This document shows, piece by piece, positions 1 through 7,503 of a stretch of DNA of 64,000 nt (its first letter is position 1; the number at the start of each line of letters is the position of its first letter). The translations under genes and the position numbers were made by a program. The stretch comes from Candidatus Poseidoniaceae archaeon. Lineage in GTDB: Archaea > Thermoplasmatota > Poseidoniia > Poseidoniales > Poseidoniaceae. Below the pieces are notes generated by a model. The model had not been told where the DNA came from. It ran no database searches and saw only the letters and a list, made by a program, of their open reading frames with translations. The DNA lies in contig CASIAI010000009.1 of the NCBI GenBank assembly GCA_949372655.1, positions 156-64,155 of the forward strand, read 5' to 3'.

Positions 1-2
1 TA

Positions 3-1103
3 TTTCTGTTCAGTTGGTTACAATATGCTACAAGCGGACGTTTTGTCGAATATATTCGTAGAAAAAAGAAACTACAGCCAATAATTGGGGCGCTGATGGG
101 GTTAACCCCTGGTTGTGGTGGTGCCATTGTCATGATGCCAATGTATGCGCGTGGTTATGTTTCATACGGTACAGTATTGGCTACTTTAATCGCAACATTA
201 GGTGATTCAGCCTTTATTTTGATTGGAGCAGCAATTACAGACTCAAGTTTTGTTGCCCCTTTGATAGCAGTTCATGCTATTTCCTTCGTTACCGGCGTAT
301 CATGGGGATATCTGGTCGATATGACAGGTACAACCCCACACAAACCATTGGGTCGTTTTGGACCTAGTATTGGCGAAGAACCGCCGAAGGTCGAATCAGG
401 TAATGAATCACCGTTGAATGACTTGCCTCGTGAAGAGCCAGGGGGTCTTGGCTACAAAATCCTTCATCAGGGTTACTTGATATGGTGGAGTGTTACCGTG
501 ATAGGTTTGATTTTTGCAATTCTACTAATGGTTTGGTCCGGTCAAGATCCAGATTACAGTCTTGAATTATCTTTTGACCCTACCAGTATGGATGGCTTCA
601 TAACATGGGTTGGGGTAATTGGAACTAGTCTTTCGATAATATTGTATATTGCACAGAAGAATTGGATAGGTGACGATACCGAAGCAACTATTGGGGATAA
701 ATTACATTCCATGCGTGAGACTATGATTCACTCTGCAAGTGAAACCGCTTTCGTTACTTTCTGGGTTATGATTGCCTATCTCGCCTTCGAATTTGGAATG
801 TTATTTAGCGGCATCTCGGAGCAGGATATGAGTGCTTACGGTGACGGATTTATCGTTGTTATCGCAGCATCGATAATTGGCTTGATACCTGGCTGTGGAC
901 CACAAATTATCGTGATTACAGCCTATACAAAAGATATAATTTCATTCCCTGCATTAGCTGCCAATGCAATCAGTCAAGACGGAGATGCATTGTTTCCGTT
1001 ACTTGTACGCCACAAAGCTGCAAGTCTCTGGGCGACGATACATACTACGATTCCAGCAATAATCGTAGGAGTGATCTTGTTGATTGCAGGTGTAAAACCT
1101 TGA
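3..1103 (+). CDS. Putative manganese transporter (DUF2899-like membrane protein), 5'-truncated by the window edge
   Basis: Frame is open from position 3 (FLFSWLQY...GALMGLTPGCGG). Two internal repeats carry PGCG and GDSAF/DGDALFP motifs; many TM segments. Confidence 0.75.
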   Translation, partial: FLFSWLQYATSGRFVEYIRRKKKLQPIIGALMGLTPGCGGAIVMMPMYARGYVSYGTVLATLIATLGDSAFILIGAAITDSSFVAPLIAVHAISFVTGVSWGYLVDMTGTTPHKPLGRFGPSIGEEPPKVESGNESPLNDLPREEPGGLGYKILHQGYLIWWSVTVIGLIFAILLMVWSGQDPDYSLELSFDPTSMDGFITWVGVIGTSLSIILYIAQKNWIGDDTEATIGDKLHSMRETMIHSASETAFVTFWVMIAYLAFEFGMLFSGISEQDMSAYGDGFIVVIAASIIGLIPGCGPQIIVITAYTKDIISFPALAANAISQDGDALFPLLVRHKAASLWATIHTTIPAIIVGVILLIAGVKP

Positions 1104-1345
1104 CGAGGTTCTAGTGCTTTCCATAGCAATTCAATAGGTTTCAAATCTTTTTCATATCCCATGGAATCAGATGGCACAGCCGACTTTCCATCAAGTCCGC
1201 AAGCAAGGGCCAATATAACATCATCAACACGTTGAGGAACTTACTTGTCGATCTATCCAAAGGCGCATGGAGTAAATGGGAAGATTGAACTGACTAGCGG
1301 ACTTCAATCTAAGTCTGTAGTAAGGACCAAAACCAGATCATTTTT
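1104..1345 (-). pseudogene. Possible decayed gene remnant
   Basis: One minus frame reads DLVLVLTTDLD*SPLVSSIFPFTPCAFG*IDK*VPQRVDDVILALACGLDG...IELLWKALEP, which is protein-like with three in-frame stops. No family recognised. Confidence 0.25.
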
Positions 1346-1399
1346 GACTGTTCTTTTATAAAGGTTGGAGGAAGATATGTACTGCCGAAATTTAAACAA

Positions 1400-1936
1400 T
1401 TATTTGATGGATTTTTGCTTTTTGTTAATCCAGGCTAACTCCAATAATCGGCAAGCACAGGGGGCCCACATTCTTTTGAAAACAGGGTGACTTTGCAAAT
1501 CATTGTCTTTAGATATAATTTCTTCAACCAATTCCTTGATGGCAATCGAGAGATTTGGCATTACAAGAGTGATATCTTTCTTTTTTCCACCCTTATACTC
1601 TGGATTCGAATTTAATAATTCAACAATTTTTTCAACTTCCATATGAAAAAGTAACATTAATTCACGACGAATTAAATGTCTTATTCCAAATGCTGGACGC
1701 CCAATTGATTTGCCCTTTCTTCCTCTTGGGCCTCTTTTTTTTAGAATTCGTTCAAAGATGTTTTGATCTATTCTCAATGTATGCCTATAATTCGTCTTAT
1801 GGCATTCCCATAATTTAGTATGTAATGGGCCACTATTATCTCGACTTAAAGTAGTATAGACCTCTTTTTTATATTCAGAGTGAAACCGATTACCATTAAT
1901 ATGCCTAATAATTTCTAAGTTTGGAATAGCATTCAT
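1400..1936 (-). CDS. Hypothetical basic protein
   Basis: 178-aa Lys/Arg-rich ORF with a BRE/TATA-like element just upstream. Confidence 0.6.
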   Translation of the reverse strand: MNAIPNLEIIRHINGNRFHSEYKKEVYTTLSRDNSGPLHTKLWECHKTNYRHTLRIDQNIFERILKKRGPRGRKGKSIGRPAFGIRHLIRRELMLLFHMEVEKIVELLNSNPEYKGGKKKDITLVMPNLSIAIKELVEEIISKDNDLQSHPVFKRMWAPCACRLLELAWINKKQKSIK

Positions 1937-1953
1937 ATTATCTCCAGTAAACG

Positions 1954-1971
1954 TTTATAATTAAACCTTTC
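1954..1971 (-). promoter_or_regulatory. Archaeal BRE/TATA-like promoter for 1400..1936
   Basis: Minus strand GAAAGG-TTTAATTATAAA, about 20-35 nt upstream of the ATG. Confidence 0.45.
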
Positions 1972-2205
1972 AAAACCGATGCTTTATTTGGTTAGATATT
2001 TACAATATTAGAGCAGTAATACATTTGATTTTTTAATAGTTTAAGTACTATGAAATTGGATACATTTACAGAGAGAAATAACGCGAACAGAGGGCAGAAA
2101 AACGATAGATAAGTATGATAAAAACCACTCTATGTAGAAGCGTTTTTCATTTAATGTTGATATATAAAGCAGCATTATACTACACCGTGAAGGGGAAAGA
2201 AAATC

Positions 2206-2622
2206 ATGATACACACACCAACACGCGAAGAAGCCAGCCCTGAGCACCTAACTGTAGATCACAATGATTTACCCATTCTCAGCACAGATGAAGTCATAAC
2301 CAGCATCAGCGAAAGCAACATAGAGTTTCTACTCGATTTCCTGCACTCTGAGAACCTTGGCCGCTACCAGTACATCGAACAACTCGGAGTAACTATTCAG
2401 AATGTGGGCGGCCTGGTTGTTCGCTGTATTACAGCCAGTAGTCATGAACAAGCCTTGGTGAGTTTAGCTATGCTTAAGTGCACTGTTAAGGCAGTTGGCG
2501 GACGCCTAGAACTTGCTCCTTTCACAGTGATAGTTCCTTATGTTTCTGGAGTTCAAGAAGAACCGCCACATGAGGATGGACTCCCAGATTTATCAGTTGT
2601 TGAGAGCAGGGAGGTGGCTTGA
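2206..2622 (+). CDS. Hypothetical protein, paralog of 3245..3661
   Basis: 138 aa; shares LP.L...G.TIQN.G...VRCI....H......LA..K with the 3245 ORF. TATA-like GATATATAAAG near 2159-2169. Confidence 0.7.
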   Translation: MIHTPTREEASPEHLTVDHNDLPILSTDEVITSISESNIEFLLDFLHSENLGRYQYIEQLGVTIQNVGGLVVRCITASSHEQALVSLAMLKCTVKAVGGRLELAPFTVIVPYVSGVQEEPPHEDGLPDLSVVESREVA

Positions 2623-2781
2623 GTGAGTTCATTTAGCTCTTCTGAGGCCAGATACTACTTCAGTAAGGCCTGCGGCTTCCATCGCGGTGTCTTACCAGAT
2701 CACCGTTGTAGTAACCCTGCAGCATGTAAGCGTACGCTGGATGCGGCTTATATTGCAGAGATGGAAGGCAGAAGAATTTAA
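2623..2781 (+). CDS. Small Cys/His-rich protein (52 aa), not in the ORF track
   Basis: GTG immediately follows the upstream TGA; SD GGAGGTG at 2610-2616. Contains CGFH...HRC-x5-C. Confidence 0.55.
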   Translation: MSSFSSSEARYYFSKACGFHRGVLPDHRCSNPAACKRTLDAAYIAEMEGRRI

Positions 2782-2893
2782 TTCCCATTCTCTTTAATTT
2801 AGTAGTCTTTTGAGAAAAAGATTACTACAATCAACCGATCTTGAATGGCTAAAGAATAGTAAATTTTGCCGAGTAAGAAATGGAGGAATAAAA

Positions 2894-3235
2894 ATGAATA
2901 TGAAACAAAAACAAATAGACAAAAAAACAAAACGAATGTATGTGACACATGTAAGCAAATATCTGCGTTATAATTATACCAAACCATGCGTATCGATTAA
3001 GAAATCCTTAATCGCAGCTGAAAATATGATTTGTAGTGCAATTATGAAGGAGGAAAAAATAGATTGGGCTGGAATAACCCACTTTACCAGTAAATTACGC
3101 CGTGACTATCCAGAATTTATTGTGGATGCACAACAATACATCGGGGAAACAATCGAAGTTGATGTTCCAACGGACATGACTCCTAGAGAATACAGAATTT
3201 GGTATTGTACGTTAACATTTGATGAGGCCAGATAA
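2894..3235 (+). CDS. Hypothetical protein
   Basis: ORF 2810..3235; GGAGG SD at 2882 favours the ATG at 2894. Confidence 0.6.
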   Translation: MNMKQKQIDKKTKRMYVTHVSKYLRYNYTKPCVSIKKSLIAAENMICSAIMKEEKIDWAGITHFTSKLRRDYPEFIVDAQQYIGETIEVDVPTDMTPREYRIWYCTLTFDEAR

Positions 3236-3244
3236 TCAGGGAAT

Positions 3245-3661
3245 GTGAATAATATGAAACAAAAAACTAGCCAGAAAAACCAAGCAGATAACTGGGGTGC
3301 TGATAGCCTTCCAAAACTAACAGACCATGATACTAATGTGGCTTTGAGCCATGAGAATAGAGCGTGGGCGATGAATTTCTCTAAATTAGAACATATTGGT
3401 AAAATTCATTTTATGGATGGCATGGGTTTTACAATTCAAAATTCAGGTAATTATAATGTACGTTGTATCTGCGTTGTAGATCACTTTGAATGTAGAATTG
3501 GATTGGCTTTAATGAAAGAAACATTGGATAGTATTAGAGTCAATTTCGAGTTAGATAATCTGGTAGTCATGCCGTTTGTAGTACCAGAAAAAGAACAACA
3601 ATTGGCAGAAGAAAATCAAATTACTCTCCCGCAAAAAGGTATCTATTTCGATGTAGTTTAG
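3245..3661 (+). CDS. Hypothetical protein, paralog of 2206..2622
   Basis: 138 aa; same motif pattern as the 2206 ORF. Confidence 0.7.
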   Translation: MNNMKQKTSQKNQADNWGADSLPKLTDHDTNVALSHENRAWAMNFSKLEHIGKIHFMDGMGFTIQNSGNYNVRCICVVDHFECRIGLALMKETLDSIRVNFELDNLVVMPFVVPEKEQQLAEENQITLPQKGIYFDVV

Positions 3662-3727
3662 AGTATAAAAATAGTATGATTTAGATGAGTTTATATAGGC
3701 TAAAAGATATTAAATTATGGTGATAAA

Positions 3728-4564
3728 ATGAGGAATGAATTAATTGAAAAGTTGCTGCGAGTGGCCCTAATAAATGGTAAAAATGTATGGGTTATTGGCG
3801 ATGTTCATGGATTCAATAAGACCCTTCGCAGTCTTGTAGAAAAAATAAACCTACAACAAGGAGATTATGTTGTATTGCTTGGAGACCTGATAGATAGAGG
3901 TCCAAATTCATATGATGTTGTTCAATTTGCTAAGAGTTCTGACAACATAGTTTGTGTAAAAGGAAATCACGAAAAGATGATGATTGAAACATTATCTCTT
4001 CAGGGCTTAGAATCTCCAGGAATTGATTTAGCAACTTGGCTTTACAATGGTGGCCTTGCTACTGCCACCTCGTACATTAACGCATATACAGACAAAACAG
4101 GTAATGAGATGACAGAATTACTTGACATGGCAATTGAGGAAGACAAAGTATGGATGAACCAACTTCCAAGTGAAATCGTCTTGGAAAAATGGCGTTTAGT
4201 ACATGCAGGATATGATCCTGAAATTGATTTAGATTGTCAAACCGATACTGAGATGCTACATATTCGTAAACCGTTTCACGACGCAACTGAACCGATTGAC
4301 CCACAAAGAACAGTAGTGTTTGGTCATACTCCAACAGCAGGTTTACCAGGGCATAGCAAGTTATTCTGGGGTAAGGTTTGGTTTTCGCCAGTATTACTAC
4401 CCTCAGTGCGCTCTGCAGCAATTGGTATAGACACATGCGTATTTCACAATTTAGACGCCCCAGCGGTGCTTACAGCGTATAATTTACAGGATAATAGAAT
4501 AATTCAGCAATCACGGGTAGAGCCGTGGAACAAGAGAGCAATAAAACAAGCAAATGAAGTATAA
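3728..4564 (+). CDS. Calcineurin-like metallophosphoesterase (PrpA/ApaH-like, PPP family)
   Basis: GDVHG, GDLIDRG, GNHE, VHAG, FGHTP and IDT motifs. Confidence 0.9.
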   Translation: MRNELIEKLLRVALINGKNVWVIGDVHGFNKTLRSLVEKINLQQGDYVVLLGDLIDRGPNSYDVVQFAKSSDNIVCVKGNHEKMMIETLSLQGLESPGIDLATWLYNGGLATATSYINAYTDKTGNEMTELLDMAIEEDKVWMNQLPSEIVLEKWRLVHAGYDPEIDLDCQTDTEMLHIRKPFHDATEPIDPQRTVVFGHTPTAGLPGHSKLFWGKVWFSPVLLPSVRSAAIGIDTCVFHNLDAPAVLTAYNLQDNRIIQQSRVEPWNKRAIKQANEV

Positions 4565-4577
4565 GGAGGAATAAAGA

Positions 4578-4856
4578 ATGACAGATTGGAAAGCAATAGG
4601 AAAAGAAAAGCAAGAAAAATATGAACAGAAAATAAATGATTGGAATAATACAGTTATGCATTATCGTGAAGGGAGATTAGATTTCCCTGGATTGGTAGAA
4701 ATTAGTACCGATGACTGGGGGGTTAGAGTGACTCTAACTTCAGAACATTATGATGGGCCGGTCACTTTGAGTGCGGCATGGGAAATAATTTCAGTATACA
4801 GCGATGGCATGAGTGCAGCCTATGTCAATTGGGGTCTTAGCGAAATTGAAACATAA
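4578..4856 (+). CDS. Hypothetical protein
   Basis: 92 aa with strong AAGGAGGA SD; co-oriented with the phosphoesterase. Confidence 0.6.
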   Translation: MTDWKAIGKEKQEKYEQKINDWNNTVMHYREGRLDFPGLVEISTDDWGVRVTLTSEHYDGPVTLSAAWEIISVYSDGMSAAYVNWGLSEIET

Positions 4857-4867
4857 TCAAAAATAGA

Positions 4868-5459
4868 AAATAGTTGCCAAAGGCCGAAGCATAATGATGT
4901 CAGTAGGGGCGACTAATTCCCCTTTGTGAAACAAGTGTCCAGAACATTATGTCCAGACTGGAGTAATAGCGTGTGATTACGTTCTGAGAGAATTCATCAG
5001 AACCGTTTAAGGAAAGTGCAGCCCATTCTCTATATCCGAAGCATAATTGATTATCACGCTTTAGTCTTTGAGCAATTGTACCACGGGCTGAATTACAGCC
5101 CTTACAACATATCACTATGTTTGTGAGGCAAGATTTGCCTCCATCTGCTAGTCGAACAATATGTTCAATTGTGGCAGACGAAAACGTGTTCTCTTTAGAT
5201 GACGTCATTATAACCCAGCATATTGGGCATAGTTCACCAACTTTAGAGTCACGCATTAAGATTAAATTATTATTATAATTACGTTTATACATAATATTGA
5301 ATTTAGTCGTTGACTAACATCATAGCCGAATTCGATGAACTCGACAAGCTTCGGCCCTAAGGCAGACTATCCTACAATCAATTGCTAAAAAATATTTTCC
5401 AACTAATTGATTATCCACTTTAGCGGACTTCTCTCCAAGCCCGGGAGTGAAGACTATTT
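4868..5459 (-). ncRNA. Candidate multibranch structured RNA enclosing the HNH ORF
   Basis: Hand-paired helices: 5459-5453 with 4874-4868; hairpins 5452-5428, 5427-5414, 5412-5376; long interrupted stem 5364-5299 with 4919-4875. Multiple G-U pairs form only on the minus strand; a U-rich tract follows. Confidence 0.55.
4900..5292 (-). CDS. Small HNH endonuclease
   Basis: CPIC ... ATIEHIV...GG...TNIVICCKGCNSARG: Zn-bound beta-beta-alpha-Me HNH signature. Confidence 0.85.
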   Translation of the reverse strand: MYKRNYNNNLILMRDSKVGELCPICWVIMTSSKENTFSSATIEHIVRLADGGKSCLTNIVICCKGCNSARGTIAQRLKRDNQLCFGYREWAALSLNGSDEFSQNVITRYYSSLDIMFWTLVSQRGISRPY

Positions 5460-5480
5460 GTTTCAATCTTAATTTAGAAA

Positions 5481-7358
5481 TTAGGAATTTTGTAGACAAA
5501 TTGGCGAAGTACATTGAACAGTCTGATAATATTCTCTGGTTCCAGGGTCAAACATGTCTAGTTGTAAAGTTGAACCAGAATCGATCACAGTTGTGATGCT
5601 AGAAGCGGCAGATGGAAGATAATCTTCACCAGTACTGCGAAGTGTAAGACGAATTGTATGCCCTGCTTCAACTTCTACGTCCATCGGGAAAAATTCCATC
5701 AATGCAGTTATATCATCGGTTAATGGGTTCCATGCTTGTTCATCTGAACCTCCAGCATGATATCTCAAATCCATAATCGCATGTCCAATATGAATACAAT
5801 TTCCACTATTACAATCTTCTAGTAAGGCATAGATTTGCCCTCCAATGGTTGCGGTATTGACATTAACATGCAAGCGTGGCAAGCCGCCAAAGTATAGGTT
5901 TTCTTCAAGGGGAGGAGTCTCATAAACGGGTCCAGAGTTAGTATCGGGGAAAATTGTATTCCCTCCACCAGTAGAGGTTAAGTTAGAACTTCCTAATTCC
6001 CAACTTATTTGTGTAGTATTTGTCATTGGATAACGGTCTTCAAAGCGCCAGTCTCCTTGGTTGGACTGAATTTCAACTCCTAGCCATGGTTGAGGACCTT
6101 CATCTTTGAGATAGTAAGTAAACCACTCGAGTAGGTCTTGCATCCAATCCATTCGCACCATTTCAGGGAATGCTTCGACTCCACGCCCTACGCCACTGCG
6201 CTCAAACATAATATCGGCTCGGTCAGGATAATCGTGGTCCCATTGTCCAAACAACCCTTTGGCCTCAATATCAGCATCATATAATTTGTTTATCGTTGGA
6301 ATCGCCATATGTGGGTCGACATTCCAATCATGCATTCCTTGAATTAGATAGACACTACCATTGTAATTATCTAACACTCGTTCAAGGAAATATCGTTCGC
6401 CCCAATAATTTCCAGCAGCTTCACCGCCCCAAGCCCAAGCAGCACCACCTGTCGCTGGACCGGCAATATAATCAGGACACATGTTTCCAGTATCTTCTAA
6501 ATCACCATCAATTCCATACGAGCCATAAACTCCATTGTGCATTATTGGGGCTCTCGCTTCGCTACTACCGTTACGCCACATTAATTCCATAACACCAATT
6601 AAGCCTGAAATTGGAACAATTGTCGTTAGATGTTCATTACCAAACATTGCTGCTTGCCATGGAGTAGAGCCGTCATAGGATTTCCCAATCATACCAACAT
6701 TACCATTGCTCCAATTTTGTGTACCTAGCCAAGTTACTGCTGCATCAACTCCCAGTTGCTCAGCAGTACCCATCAAGTCCATACAATGATTTGAGCGTCC
6801 AGTACCCATAACTGAAACTTGAGCGAATGCAAAACCATGTGGAATAATTTGCTCTATCATCATAGTACCTAGCCAGGTTCCTGGTTCTTCAATTCCGCCA
6901 GTTTCTACCGAGGCTTCATCAAAATATGGCCCAAATTCAGCGATTACTGGAACCGTCATATTACCATCTAGAATTGGAACCCATACCGCAAGACTGACTT
7001 TTCCATTTGGCGCTGAGCCGCCTTCTTCTATCGGTAAATCAAATTCTACAAAGTGATGTGTCCCCATCCATAACGATGCTCCATCTGGGCCGGTCAAATT
7101 ACCGTTTTCAAGGACATAAGAATTTTGTTCAGTGGTACTATAATTCTCAAGATAACGCATATCAATTGGAGTATAGCTTTCTTCTATTTGTTCTTGAATA
7201 GCCTGTTCTTCAAGAGGTGCGCCAATGATTCGACTGATCAATAAGAATACCAGAACAACTGCGATTGTAGCGCCTAAGGCTGCATTAGACGAACGCATGG
7301 AATGCTTCTTTCCAGACTTACCTTTTATGAGTTCAGCCTCTAGAATTGGCTCGTCCAT
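5481..7358 (-). CDS. CocE/NonD family (S15 X-Pro dipeptidyl-peptidase-like) serine hydrolase, membrane-anchored
   Basis: GMIGKSYDG nucleophile elbow, D-W-N-V and W-D-H motifs, C-terminal PepX_C-like beta domain, N-terminal TM. Confidence 0.88.
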   Translation of the reverse strand: MDEPILEAELIKGKSGKKHSMRSSNAALGATIAVVLVFLLISRIIGAPLEEQAIQEQIEESYTPIDMRYLENYSTTEQNSYVLENGNLTGPDGASLWMGTHHFVEFDLPIEEGGSAPNGKVSLAVWVPILDGNMTVPVIAEFGPYFDEASVETGGIEEPGTWLGTMMIEQIIPHGFAFAQVSVMGTGRSNHCMDLMGTAEQLGVDAAVTWLGTQNWSNGNVGMIGKSYDGSTPWQAAMFGNEHLTTIVPISGLIGVMELMWRNGSSEARAPIMHNGVYGSYGIDGDLEDTGNMCPDYIAGPATGGAAWAWGGEAAGNYWGERYFLERVLDNYNGSVYLIQGMHDWNVDPHMAIPTINKLYDADIEAKGLFGQWDHDYPDRADIMFERSGVGRGVEAFPEMVRMDWMQDLLEWFTYYLKDEGPQPWLGVEIQSNQGDWRFEDRYPMTNTTQISWELGSSNLTSTGGGNTIFPDTNSGPVYETPPLEENLYFGGLPRLHVNVNTATIGGQIYALLEDCNSGNCIHIGHAIMDLRYHAGGSDEQAWNPLTDDITALMEFFPMDVEVEAGHTIRLTLRSTGEDYLPSAASSITTVIDSGSTLQLDMFDPGTREYYQTVQCTSPICLQNS

Positions 7359-7503
7359 GCTCCGCTGAAACTATACTTACTCAAGAGATTGATGCTAATT
7401 GGTTTCATAATGTCAATCTAAATCTTCTGTTGAATCATAAAATTTTCATAAGTAACATCTTTGTTACCAAAGAGTATTTGATGCTAGGCAGATACCGATA
7501 GTT

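Noticed and set aside
1295-5431. 11-bp direct repeat TAGCGGACTTC (1295-1305 and 5421-5431) as att sites
   Set aside because: Short, with no integrase or tRNA target; the right copy is part of the hairpin set, so chance is plausible.
4868-5459. Group I, group II or bulge-helix-bulge intron
   Set aside because: No ordered P/Q/R/S elements, no domain V or GUGYG end, no clear BHB, and no interrupted host gene.
5340-5460. SRP RNA (GGCCGAAGC) or RNase P RNA (GAGAAGUCC) resemblance
   Set aside because: No SRP helix 8 motif and no RNase P 3' conserved region; only short word matches.
5320-5514. 64-aa minus-strand ORF
   Set aside because: Overlaps the hydrolase 3' end, has no motif, and coincides with the base-paired region better explained as RNA structure.
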